DNA from: an uncultured Acidimicrobiia bacterium
Lineage (GTDB): Bacteria; Acidobacteriota; Terriglobia; Versatilivoradales; Versatilivoraceae
Length of the DNA stretch: 64,000 nt
Assembly (NCBI GenBank): GCA_963791795.1
Contig: CAWBTP010000003.1
Span: 64,516-128,515 of the forward strand
Direction of reading: 5' to 3'
In this document: piece after piece, positions 1-11,300 of the stretch
How positions within the stretch are numbered: position 1 is the stretch's first letter
Layout: each line of letters starts with the position of its first letter
The notes under the pieces: generated by a model
What the model saw: only the letters and a program-made list of their open reading frames with translations
Database searches by the model: none
Told to the model about the DNA's origin: nothing
Made by a program: the position numbers and the translations under genes

Positions 1-2367
1 TGGCGTGCCCCAGTTTCCGGGTGATGATCCCGACTACGGTGGGGCTGGACAATACCAAGGGCTTTGCGGTGGGTTGGAACGCGGTCTGGAAACCCAACCT
101 GGTCACCACCACCCGCTTTGGCCTCACCCGCGCGGGATTCGAGAACACTGGTGTACAGACTCAAAGCATGATCGTTCCGGAGGGCTGGGACAGCAGGTTT
201 GCGAATACACGTGGTACGTCGCGCATTATCCCTTCCTACCACTTGGGCCAGGACCTGACCTGGATTCGAGGGAAACATGAGTTGAAGTTCGGGGGCACGT
301 TCCGCCACATTCGAAACCGTTCGCTGAGCTACGGCAGTTCGTTTCATGAAGTCGTGATGTGGCAGGGCTGGCTGCGAGGTTCCGCCTCCGAGTACGACGT
401 GCCTGACCTGGACCAGAGTTTCCAGAATCCCTATCGCCGAGCGGTGGGCCATGCTCTGGGGGTGATCCCACAGGGAAACGCCCGATACAATTATGAGCTG
501 GACGGCACCGTGATTCCGGTGGGCACTCCGCTGGCCCGCACCTTCGGCAACGAAGAATACGAGTTCTACGCCGCGGACACCTGGAAAGTAGGCCGGTCGC
601 TGACCCTCTCGGCAGGTCTTCGCTACTTACTTGCGCCGCCGGTGAGAGAGACGAATGGCGTGCAGGTTTCGCTCAATCAAGTCTTAGGCGCGTGGGGTGG
701 TGCGAGGTACGACCTCGGGAAGCAAGGACTCCCTCAGCACCTGGTTCCTCCCCTCGTGTACGTTCCAGCCGATGATCCCGCCGGAAGACCGATCTATCCC
801 TACCACAAGAAGAACCTCGCTCCGCGCTTTTCCCTCGCCTGGAGCCCATCCTCGGACTCGGGCTGGCTTAGCAAGCTGACCGGAGGCGCCGGGAAAAACC
901 TCTATCCGGGCGGGCTTTGGCATGTTTTACGACCAGTTGGGCCACCCCATGATGAATGTTCTGAGCGGCGCCGCTTCGTTCGGGCTGTCGTCGTCAGTCA
1001 CCAACTCCGCAGGAACTCTCAGCTCGACGACCGCGCCGCGATTCACCGGCCCCTTCGACTTACCGCCGGCGTTGATCCGGCCGGCGCCGCCCGGAGGCCT
1101 TCCGCAGGAAGCGCCGCGTATCCAGGCTCTGATTAGTAACATCGATCAGGGGTTGCGATACCCGTACAGCATGAACATGAATTTGAGTGTCGGGCGCGAG
1201 TTCGGCGGCGGCCTGTTTGTTCAGGCTGCGTATGTTGGCAGGCTGTCGCGCAGTTCCCTGCTCAACCGCGATCTGGCACTCCATACCGACATGAAGGACA
1301 ACGCAAGCGGAGTGACCTATATCCAGGCCGCTCGCGAGATGCTGGCTCTGTGGCGCCGCAACGTGCCAGTTGGCCAGGTGGGTCCCATTCCCTATTGGGA
1401 GAATATGTGGCCTGGTGCTGCCGGAGGCGGGCTGACGGCCACGCAGGCCATTTACAATGTGTTCCGTGCCTATAACGTCGACACCAGCGCCGTTACTTAC
1501 GACATTGATATCAATTGCGCTCCGTCGTGCAGCCGGTTCGGTCCCTTTGCCTTGTTCAACGAGCAGGTTGCCACTTACAACAACTATACCTCCGATGGCC
1601 GCGGGAACTACCACGCCATGCAATGGACGGTCCGCAAGAGGCTGGGCACCGATCTGCGGTTTGATTTCAACTATACCTGGTCCAAGTCCATCGACCTGAA
1701 CAGCAACACTGCCCGGTCGTTCGGGGTTCTGCCCCACAGCTGGGACCCGAACGAGATCAGGGGCCTATCGGATTACGATGTTACCCATGCAGCCAACATG
1801 TTTGCGATTTGGGAACTGCCCGTCGGAAAAGGCAAGCGGTTCCTTGGCTCAGCCCCGGGAGTGGTTCAAGCAATCCTCGGAGGTTGGCAGTTGAGCGGAA
1901 GCTGGTTCCAGTCCAGCGGGCTTCTGGGCGCAGTAAACAACGGGGGCATCTGGCCCACCAGTTGGGGACCTTCTCCGTACGCCACTCAACTCACGACTCC
2001 CGTTCAGAAGACGACCAAGAACGCACCGGCGGTTCTCGGGGAGAGCGGCCCGAACATTTTCCCCGACCCGGCGGTAGGACGGAAGTCCTTCGAATTCACG
2101 CTCGTCGGTAGTTCCGGGAGCCGGAATAGTCTGCGGGGTGATGGGCTGTTCATCATCAACACCGGCGTGGGGAAACGATTCATCATGCCCTACAGCGAAG
2201 GACATTCCATTCAATTCCGGTGGGAGACGTTTAACATGACGAATAGCGTCCGGTTCGATCCCCGGTCGCTCAGTCTGGCGCTGACCACTACGGGCAGTTT
2301 CGGAAAGTACACGAACACCCTAACCAGCCCGCGGCAAATGCAGTTTGCTCTGCGGTACGAGTTCTAG
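1..2367 (+). CDS. TonB-dependent outer-membrane receptor, C-terminal barrel (5'-partial, runs off window start)
   Basis: Frame open from nt 3. Two overlapping ORFs (21-1136, 922-2367) read through one another as ...SLAWSP...GGAGK|TSIRAGFGMFYDQ... with the break inside a gccgggAAAAAcc run (~nt 905). Barrel-like beta-strand-rich text; terminal ...QFALRYEF (C-terminal aromatic typical of TonB-dependent receptors). Confidence 0.7.
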
Positions 2368-2454
2368 AAGGTCGGAGAGTATGGTGACGAAACTCTCCGT
2401 CCGCTAAGACACTATAAGCGACCTCGGTCCTGTCTCCCTCACGCTCCACAATCC

Positions 2455-2763
2455 GCGGGAGGAGGATCAATATTGAATAGCCACGGGCTGAAGCCCCTAG
2501 CGGAACTCTGTGGCTGCTGATCCACCATTGATCCCACCCCAACCCTTCGCAGGGGTCGAACCCATCAACTACGGACACACGGGAATTCAACTCTCTTCAG
2601 TGCTAGGCATCCGTTCCTTCGACTAACCGAAACGGGTTGCGCTCTGGGACTGGCGTCCCGGATAGGCTACCAACGCCGTGGCTAGTCGAGATTGATCGCC
2701 ATCGGGATTGCATGTTCAATAAACACATTACGCTAGTCTATCTCATGAAACGGAGTCCTTAGC
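2455..2763 (+). promoter_or_regulatory. Long non-coding structured leader upstream of the C69 dipeptidase gene; head motif GGAGG-N9-11-TGAATAGCCAYGGGYTGAR shared with the 16875-17261 leader
   Basis: No ORF. Several internal hairpins (ctgggactggcgtcccgg; ccgttccttcgactaaccgaaacggg). Head motif 2463-2500 is near-identical to 16875-16910. RBS ggag sits 8 nt before ATG 2764. Confidence 0.3.
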
Positions 2764-4218
2764 ATGAAAGCTACGATCCGGGTCTTGACCGCCATCGCGG
2801 TGTTCACGGCAACATGTGATTTTGGCTGGGCAAGCTACTGTATCTACGTCGGCAAGAACCTGACTGTCGACGGAAGTGTGTTTCTGGCGGGGTACGGAGA
2901 CGAGCCGTCGAGCCACTGGCTGGAGATCGTGCCTGCGCGCGAATGGCCGGCCGGCGCCACCATCAAGGTTGGGGCGACAGCGGCTTCGCAGTATCCAGGC
3001 ATGCTGATCGAGATCCCCCAAGTCCGGAGCACGGCAAAGTACATCACCATGAACTATTCTTCCTTTGCCGGATTTCCTCCGCCAATTACAAATGGTGGGC
3101 TGAATCAGCACCTGGTGGCAGCCCGTGATGTCTGGTCGCCGTCGCGCGAAGAGCTGCGAAAGATGACCCCCAGCCCACAGCGAGGACTCAACTACAGCGA
3201 TCTTTCCCGAATCGTCATGGAAAGGGCCAGAACCGCGCGGGAAGCGGTGGAGATCGTCGGTGAACTGGTCAATAAGTATGGTTACGCGACCTATGGCGGC
3301 AACTCACACTTGTTCGCGGACGCGGACGAGGGCTGGGTACTGATCGAGTTCGCGGGCGGCCAGGGACTCTGGGCGGCCCAGCGGGTGGGTCCGGATGACG
3401 TCCGTGTTTCGCGGCCCGGCTACATCGGTGAAATCCCGCTCGACTATCAAAAGAATCCTGGCTATAGGGGGTCGCCAAATCTCATCTCCTTCGCGGTCGA
3501 GAAAGGCTGGTATGACCCGAAATCCGGGGCTCCTTTTAACGTCAACAAGATGTATGGCGACGGCAAGATGCGGCACGAGGCGGTTGTAATGATGGAAGAA
3601 CGCCTGCGCAAGCTTGGCGGCAAGATCCGGATTGAGGACATGATAGCCGCCGTGCGAACCACTGAAGTCACCCGCGACTCGGCTGGCTATGGTCAGGTAG
3701 CTCATCTGCGAAAAGCGATCCCGCACCCGGCTCTCGGCGTGCTCTGGGTAGCAGCCGCAACACCCGTGACTGCGCCGTTTGTGCCATTCCGCTTGGGCGT
3801 GAGCGACGCGCCTCCAGAATTCAAGCGCCACCGTTATCTTACCGCAGGCGAAGCGGATCGCTTTATGGACAAAGAGTGGCAAGGGATCGAGTCAACGTTA
3901 TACGCATACCAAGCTTTCAAGCGGCTGTTCTATCTGACGAGCGAGCATCGAGACCAGTTTCTGCCGGAGGTCACTGCTTCACTGACAGCGTTTGAGGCGG
4001 GCCTCATCGCCGCTCAGCCCGCCGTTGAGCGAACGGCGTTGAAACTCTACGAAGCGCGAGAGCCGGACCTCGCCGGCACCTACTTGACGTACTACAGCAA
4101 TACCGAGGCAATGAATGGACTACGCCTGGTCGAGGCCTTGGCTTCCAGTGTCGAAGCTCGGACCAAGGTGCAGTTTGGCATCCGGAAACCGCAATCATCC
4201 AGTGCGCCCAAAGAGTGA
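2764..4218 (+). CDS. Peptidase C69-family dipeptidase (secreted, N-terminal Cys nucleophile)
   Basis: Signal peptide, then ...SYCIYVGKNLTVDGSVFLAGYGDE..., matching the C69 N-terminus pattern C-[TS]-x-[LV]-VGK-x-[AT]-[ST]-DGS. 484 aa, uninterrupted. Confidence 0.55.
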   Translation: MKATIRVLTAIAVFTATCDFGWASYCIYVGKNLTVDGSVFLAGYGDEPSSHWLEIVPAREWPAGATIKVGATAASQYPGMLIEIPQVRSTAKYITMNYSSFAGFPPPITNGGLNQHLVAARDVWSPSREELRKMTPSPQRGLNYSDLSRIVMERARTAREAVEIVGELVNKYGYATYGGNSHLFADADEGWVLIEFAGGQGLWAAQRVGPDDVRVSRPGYIGEIPLDYQKNPGYRGSPNLISFAVEKGWYDPKSGAPFNVNKMYGDGKMRHEAVVMMEERLRKLGGKIRIEDMIAAVRTTEVTRDSAGYGQVAHLRKAIPHPALGVLWVAAATPVTAPFVPFRLGVSDAPPEFKRHRYLTAGEADRFMDKEWQGIESTLYAYQAFKRLFYLTSEHRDQFLPEVTASLTAFEAGLIAAQPAVERTALKLYEAREPDLAGTYLTYYSNTEAMNGLRLVEALASSVEARTKVQFGIRKPQSSSAPKE

Positions 4219-4287
4219 GACCGATGAATAACACTGTGTCTGAAAATCACTTGGGCCGGAGTGGCCCGGAACCCTATCTCCACTGTG

Positions 4288-4613
4288 CCTCGATTCGTCA
4301 TTCCCGCGAAAGAACGTCACCCCGGCGGATCGTAAGCCGGGGCGGGAATCCAGCCTGGATTCCGGCTCGCGCTGCGCTTGGCCGGAATGACGAGGGGTCC
4401 TGCCGACTCTCAGCCCGCCCCCGCCAGTTAGGTTCTGTCGCGAAATACCGCAATGAGGCTCCCCTCCTTGGCCAAGGAGGGGATGCCGCGCCCAAGGCCG
4501 CGGCGGGGGTGGTTCGACAGGCTGGGGAAGAACCACACCAGCACCGGGATTCCAGTAGGTCGCACCACCCCTGTGGCGCTGCGCGCCACATCCCCTCCTC
4601 AACCGAGGAGGGG
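4288..4613. repeat. Cluster of GC-rich palindromic REP/MITE-like elements
   Basis: Unit 1 (4288-4400) is a nested palindrome cgtcattccc...gggaatccagcctggattccgg...ggccggaatgacg. Perfect palindromes cccctccttggccaaggagggg (4461-4482) and cccctcctcaaccgaggagggg (4592-4613). The overlapping ORF 4215-4907 gives the familiar spurious translation (...IPARAALGRNDEG...). Confidence 0.6.
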
Positions 4614-4803
4614 AGTTTTCCTGCCATCCTCCCGTTTCGCGACAGAAACCACTTAGGCTTTAAGACACGCTCTAACAACCTCCGCTCGAAATACCCTGAT
4701 CGCCTGCCTCCTCGTCTACCTGATCGCGATCGGAGCCTCTTCCAGGCTTTCCGCCGCGCCTGTTGCGCTCAAAGCTTCCTACAAGGTCCGAACCGAACGA
4801 GCA

Positions 4804-6778
4804 GTGATGATCCCCACGCGCGACGGCAAGCGGCTCTCGGGCGACGTGTTTCGCCCGGACGCCGAGGGACGTTTCCCGGTGATCATCATGTACCATCCGT
4901 ATCGTAAGGACGACGTCGGCCGGGGGGGCGTCGGCGAACACTTCTATTTCGCCGAGCGTGGCCTGGCATCGGTACGTTTGGACGCCCGCGGCACGGGTAC
5001 GTCGGAGGGGATCAATACTGATGAGTATCGCCTTCAAGAGCAGCTAGACGGTTACGACGCCGTCGAGTGGATGGCAGGCCAGCCCTGGTGTAATGGTAAC
5101 GTCGGAATGTACGGCGGCTCTTACAGCGGGTTTACTGCTATGCAGGTGGCTTCGCATCGCCCGCCCCATTTGAAAGCCATCGTGCCGCTCTACGTCACCG
5201 ACGACCGTTATACCGACGATTGTCACTATGACCGGGGCGGCAACATGCGCATGTACTACGACGTGGGCACCTATGGCGGAAACATGGTCGCCATGAATGC
5301 GCTGCCGCCGCTTCCGGAGCTGGCGGGAGCCAAGTGGGCTGAGACGTGGAAAGAGCGACTGGAGAATAACCAGCCGTACCTGCTGGAATGGGTGAAGCAC
5401 CAGGTGGACGGGCCTTACTGGAAGAACGGGTCGTCTGCGGCCCGACTACGATCGCGTGCAGGTTCCGGTGTTCCTGATCGGTGGCTGGCATGACGGATAC
5501 GTCAATGCCATGGTGCGCATGTACACCCACTTGAAAGGCCCCAAGAAGCTGCTGATCGGACCCTGGGTTCACACCCAGCCCCACGCGTCCGTCCCCGGGC
5601 CCCGCATCGACTGGATCAACGAAGCCTCCCGCTTTTTTGCGCATTGGCTTCGCAACGAAGACACTGGGATCATGAAGGAACCGCCGGTCTCCTTTTATAT
5701 GCAGGAGCCAACGAAACCGGATCGCAGACTCGACATCATTCCGGGCTCCTGGCGCAACGACGCGAACTTTCCCCCTTCCTCAGCCCGCGAGGTTGTCTTC
5801 CATTTGGCGGAAGGCGGCCAACTCACCAGCTCACAGGGCGCGAAACCGAAACAAGCTTTTGACGAGATCGAATACAAAAGTACTGTCGGATTGAGCAACG
5901 CCTTTTGGTCGGCCGGCAGCATCCGGTTCTATCTGGCGGACGATCAGCGAGCGGACGAAGCCTATTCCCTGGTGTATACGAGCCCGGTGTTTGAGCAGGA
6001 GACCCACTTGCTGGGTTGGCCGCAGGTGATTCTGCACGGCGCCTCGAGCGCCAAGGTGGCCTCGTTCGTTGCCAAGCTGGCCGATGTCGCCCCGGATGGC
6101 TACTCCGCGCTGATTACCGATGGCGCACTTAATGGGACCCGCCGCAAATCGTTGACGAATCCGGAGCCGATGCAGCCCGGAGAAATCTATGAGCTGAAGA
6201 TTCCAATGGCGCCCACTGGGTGGGTTATCCCAGCCGGACATCGGCTGCGGCTGGCGATCTCGAGCGCCGATTTTCCGAACTTGTGGCCAACGCCGTATCG
6301 AGCCACGAACCGTATCTACAGAGGAGGCGCTCATCTGTCCCGCGTCGTGTTACCCGTTGTGGCGAAATCCACGGTCGCCCCGCCGGAATTCCTTCCTCCG
6401 CCCAACCTCCACCGCCTGGTGACTTCGAGTGGGACGCCTCCCCTCCAGCAGGTTCTTTATGACCAGATTACCAACGCCGCTACGGTGCTGTTCCGTACCG
6501 GCGGCACTACGGTGCTGGACGACCAGCTTGGCTCCGTCATCGGGGACCATGACTTCCGTTGCACGGCGTCCGCCGATAACCCCGCCCAGGCCTCCATCGT
6601 CGGCACGCACAAGATAGCCTTCCGGCGAGAGGACGGTGACATTGAGGTGACTGCGGAAAGCACCATTCGCTCGACGGAGACCCACTTCCATGTGACGGTC
6701 AATATCCACGTAACCCGCAACGGCCTTACCTTTTTCCAGAAGCAATGGCTGCGCACCGAACCCCGGCAGCTTCTGTAA
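4804..6778 (+). CDS. CocE/NonD-family hydrolase (X-Pro dipeptidyl-peptidase S15-like), frameshifted
   Basis: ...PVIIMYHPYRKDD...ERGLASVRLDARGTGTSEG... and C-terminal beta-sandwich text. Two overlapping ORFs (4804-5493, 5456-6778) are joined by removing one C in gcggCCCgac (~5443), giving ...WKNGSSA|DYDRVQVPVFLIGGWHD. Confidence 0.7.
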
Positions 6779-6960
6779 GAAGAGAACCTTGCCCATCCCC
6801 GGCAAAAGCGATGGCATGGGACGTCTGCAGCCCTGGATTCCAGCCGAAGGCGATCTAAGCACAAAGCTTGGAATACTCGACCGCAATTCAGAACCCCAAT
6901 ACTTAGGTTCACCGAAATCGCACTGGCAAACCAATCGAGTACACTCTTTCGATACTGCTC

Positions 6961-7050
6961 TGGGAGCGCGGACGTCCCGTCCGCATCCGGAGCAGCTGTA
7001 TGCATTGAGGCGGGCGAGACGCCCGCGCTCCCAGGGCAGCTTTTCGAGGA
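6961..7050 (+). terminator. Long hairpin (12-bp perfect inverted repeat CTGGGAGCGCGG...CCGCGCTCCCAG) followed by gcagcttttcg
   Basis: Seen directly; lies ~180 nt after the CocE-like gene stop. Terminator function is inferred. Confidence 0.3.
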
Positions 7051-7130
7051 TACGCTTGGCGTTCTTGGCGGTTCAACACTGTTTTTCTCGGTATGAGGTC
7101 GCTCGCTATTCTTAGGCTAGTGCGCTCATC

Positions 7131-8399
7131 TTGATGATTTGGCATCGCACAAAGGAAGTCATTCCTGTTTCGAGCCGGTCGGCATGGCTCCTGGTGGGCT
7201 TTTTGGGCGTGGCGCTCTTTCTGAACAACAGCGATCGCCACACCGTGTTTTCAATTTTCCCCGTACTGAAGACAGACCTGAAGTTCACAGATCTTCAGCT
7301 CGGGTTGACTGGATCGATCTTTCTTTGGGTCTACGCAATATGCAATCCCATCGCCGGCCAGATTGGAGATCGGTACTCCAAGCGCAAGCTGGTTACCTGG
7401 AGTGTGATCCTGTTCAGCGGGGTAACGGTGCTAACTGGCTTCGCCACGACACCGTGGATGTTGCTCTTCTGCCGCGCTCTGCTGGGGGTGACTGAGTCGC
7501 TCTTCATGCCGAATGCGATGGCTTTGATCGCTGCCGCTCATGGCCCCGGCACACGTTCCTTTGCTGCCAACCTTTTTGGAGTTGGGGAGTATGTCGGTGT
7601 TGCCATGGGCGGGTGGTTCGGCAGTTATGTCGCGCAGGAATTTCATTGGCGCTGGACCTTTTATTCTCTGGGTCTGCTAGGCATTCTCTTCGCGATACCC
7701 TACCGCACTTTCTTGAGGCGCTTCGAGGATGGCCCTTCCGGTGAACCTCGAGGGGGCGAGAGCTTGTCGATTTCCGCTCTCATCAAAGTGCCAACCTACC
7801 GGTTTCTGTGCCTCACGTTCCCGGTCGCTTTCGTGGTGTTCTGGCTCCTCTATACTTGGCTTCCGGTCTTTCTCTATGAGAAATTTTCGTTGAGTCTGGC
7901 GGAGGCGGGGTTCACAGCGACGGTCTATTTGCAGAGTGCCAATCTCGTTGGATCGCTCCTTGGAGCTGCCCTGGCGGACAGGCTCTACGCTCGCACCAAG
8001 GCTTCTCGGCTCTGGGTGGCTTCGATCGGGTTTCTTCTGACGGCGCCCTGCCTGTACCTCATTGGGAACAGCGACTCGCTGCTGCTGACGAAAGTTGCTG
8101 CCATTGGTTTTGGATTGTGTGGAAGCCTTTTCATCGCGAACCTGCCTGTTGCTGTCTTCGATGTCATCCCGGCTCACACGCGGGCTTCCGGCTATGCCTG
8201 CCTTAACCTGACTGGGGCCGCGGTCACAGGTTTTGCCTCAATGCTCCAAGGGAAGTGGAAGGAGAGCCTTGGCATTGGAAATATGATGACGATCGCTGGG
8301 GCCATGTGCATCGCGGTCGGCATTCTGTTGATCTTTGTGATCTGGTTCTATTTTGACGAGGACCACAAGAGGGCTCAGGGGCCTGGTGTCACTTGGTAG
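7131..8399 (+). CDS. MFS transporter
   Basis: 422 aa, ~12 predicted hydrophobic helices, typical MFS loop motifs (GxxxDRxSKRK-like ...GQIGDRYSKRKL...). Confidence 0.7.
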   Translation: MMIWHRTKEVIPVSSRSAWLLVGFLGVALFLNNSDRHTVFSIFPVLKTDLKFTDLQLGLTGSIFLWVYAICNPIAGQIGDRYSKRKLVTWSVILFSGVTVLTGFATTPWMLLFCRALLGVTESLFMPNAMALIAAAHGPGTRSFAANLFGVGEYVGVAMGGWFGSYVAQEFHWRWTFYSLGLLGILFAIPYRTFLRRFEDGPSGEPRGGESLSISALIKVPTYRFLCLTFPVAFVVFWLLYTWLPVFLYEKFSLSLAEAGFTATVYLQSANLVGSLLGAALADRLYARTKASRLWVASIGFLLTAPCLYLIGNSDSLLLTKVAAIGFGLCGSLFIANLPVAVFDVIPAHTRASGYACLNLTGAAVTGFASMLQGKWKESLGIGNMMTIAGAMCIAVGILLIFVIWFYFDEDHKRAQGPGVTW

Positions 8400-11300
8400 G
8401 ACTTTGCCACGAACGACGATTGCTAGTGGTAGGGCTCTTGGCCGCCTTTCTGTCTCCAGGCTTCGTGCTGGCAGAAGACGAAGGGCCGGCTTCGTGGAGA
8501 GGTGTGCTTCGCGACCACACCGCTCTTCCCCTGGCTGGGGTGGTGGTAGAACTTCAGTCCGCCTCTGGGCGCGAAAACCTGAAGAACTCCACCGACCACG
8601 CCGGCGCGTTTACCTTTGCCGCCATTCCTGCCGGCACCTATCGCATCGTTGTCCACCGAAAAGGCTTGCAGCTGCCAGGCCAGGAAACGATCCAATTCAA
8701 ACAAGGCGCGCGTCTGGAACTCTGGCTGGAGCTCGCGGCCACAAACCAGTACGTTGTGCTGCGCGGCCCCGTTGTCGAAGAGCCAAAAAGCAGTGGAGGT
8801 GAGGTGATTTCCAACCAGGAAGTTGCGGATCTTCCACTGAACAAGAGGGACTATAGCAAGCTGCTAACTCTGGAGTCCGGAACATCAACAGACACGAACA
8901 GCGGCGTGGGAAACTTCACTCAGCAGTTCGCGGCCAATGGGCAGCGGGGCACGGCCGCTGTTTTCAGCGTTGATGGAATCGAGGCGACCGACCCCGAGCT
9001 AGGCGGAGCCACGTTCTCCAACTTTAACGTAGACGCTATCGAGGAGATCCGAAGCAGCTCTGGCGTCATGCCTGCCGAGATTGGGCATGGGGCGGCTGTC
9101 TTTACCAACGTGATCACGAAGTCAGGCACCAAGCAGGTTCATGGCAGTCTCTTCGAGTTCCACCGCAACGCAGCCCTGGATGCCCGCAATTTCTTCGACC
9201 GTCGGACGGAGTCCAATCCAAGACGGTTGCCTCCCTTCGTTCGCAACGAATTCGGCTTTACCAACGGAGGCCCTGTCGTCATCCCCGGCATCTACAATGG
9301 CTCGGAAAAAACGTTCTACTTCGGGCAGTACCAGGGCTTTCGCGAGGTTCTTGGCACCACCCAGGTTCTGGCTGTCCCAAGTCTGGAAGAGCGGAGAGGG
9401 ATCAATACAACTGCGTTTCCTGGAGACACTCTCTATGTCCCCGTTAGCCCGTTGATCGCTCCTGTCCTCGCTGGTTACCCGATGCCCAATGATCCAAGGG
9501 GGCCGTTTGGACCCAGGACTTATGCGACCTCGTCCAAGGTGGAGACGGTAACCAATCAGTTTTCGGTTCGCATCGACCACAAGATTTCAAACACGGCGCA
9601 GCTGTTCAGCCGGTTTAGTTTGAACAACGTCGATGGTCCGCTGACCAATCCAAGCCAGACGGCGATTGATCCCAGTTTTGCTGTTCGATTTCTCGACAGG
9701 CAGAGGAACTTTGGCCTGACTTACACGCGAACTTTCTCGCCACGCGTGATCTCGGAAACAAGCCTGGGCTTCCTCAGAACGACGCCGCTCTTCCCCACTG
9801 CGAATCGCATTCAGCCCTCTCTGGTTTTTGCCGACAGCCTCTTCGAACCCTTCAATAGGCCAGGAGGCCAAGTGTCGGGAACCTTTGGCAACGTGTTTCA
9901 GTTCCGCCAAAGTCTGGCCTATGTCCGGCGGAGCCACAGCTTCAAGTTTGGCTTCGAAACCCGCATCCACCGGGATTCGATCGTTTTCGCGTTCTATCCA
10001 AACGGACAATACATCTTTGGTGGTGGCACGGCCTACTCGGCGGTTGACATTCCCTCGGCCAGTGGTTTGCATAACATCCGGGCTGGGGATTCCTTGCCTG
10101 ATTCGCTGTCGGGACTTCTCACCGCTACGCCGTTTGCATTCACCACGTCCGCGGCGCCGGCAATCTTTCCTCAAGGAGATCGCATAGGTCTCAGCGCTAT
10201 TCGCAGGGAGTCCTATAACTTCTATTTTCAGGACAACTGGAGAATCAGCCCAAGTTTTTCGCTCAGCTATGGGCTGCGTTACGAGGTCAATACTCGGATT
10301 CGCGAACCCAACCGGCTGACGTCCCGCTTGCGTCTTTCCGGGTCGTTTCCATTTGAGGTGAATCCCCAACCACCTTACGTGATGGACTGGACGGGCTTTG
10401 CGCCGCGGCTGGGCCTGCAGTGGCGCCTGGCATCCAGGACGCTCCTCAGGGCAGGCGGAGCCCTAACGACTCTGTTACCAAATCTGTTTCAAACTAATCT
10501 TCTGACAGGCAGCTTCCCTTTTGTATACAGCCCGTTCATTTCTGCCAAACCGGGAGCCCCCGTTGCATTCCAGAACTCTGTCACACGCTTCGAGCTACCG
10601 CCTGTTTACACGCCATCCGGCCAGGACATCTACGCCTCAGGGCGATCGACCGACGTTGCTCCCAACACCGAAATTGACCTGCAACGTTTCCAGGACGAAC
10701 TCGCGGCAGCGACGCGACAGCCCGTCCTGCCGATCTCTCCCTTTGTCATGTCGCCCGACTTCCGCAACGGATACATTGGTAGCTACATTGCCGAGGTGGA
10801 ACAGGATCTGGGCGCAGCCAAGCTTACTGTTTCCTATGTCGGCACAGCCGGTGTCAGGTTGGCCAGCCTTTTCTACCCGAATGGCTACGAGGGAGCCGAT
10901 CCGGCGTTTGCCCCGTTTACGCGTTTTGATTCGAGTGGCCGAATCATTGGCGGCCTTGGGCCCTTCAATGTTATGGCTTCCCGCGGGCACTCCACTTTTC
11001 ATTCGCTACAAGCCTCTGTGCAAAAAACATCATCCCGTGCGGGGCTCGGGTTCCAGATCAGCTACACCTTTGGAAAAGCTCTGGACGATACGAGCAGCGC
11101 GTACAGACCTCCGCAGGACCCATCAAACTGGCAGGCCGAGAAAGGGCCGTCTAACTTTGACGTGAGACACAGCCTGACGTTTTCGGTTTCTCAATCGTTA
11201 CCGCTGGGGCGCGTGCCAGCGATTCGCTTGCTAGGTCGAGCTTGGACGTCCGGATGGAAGGTGATTAACATTTCAACACTGACTGGCGGTCTTCCTTTTA

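Noticed and set aside
2540-2560. tRNA-like T-arm (caGGGGTCGAACCCat) inside the 2455-2763 leader
   Set aside because: No acceptor, D or anticodon stems can be built around it.
4215-4907. 230-aa ORF spanning the REP cluster
   Set aside because: Its translation (...HSRERTSPRRIVSRGGNPAWIPARAALGRNDEG...) is the well-known artefact of translating GC-rich palindromic repeats. It has no start context and is low-complexity.
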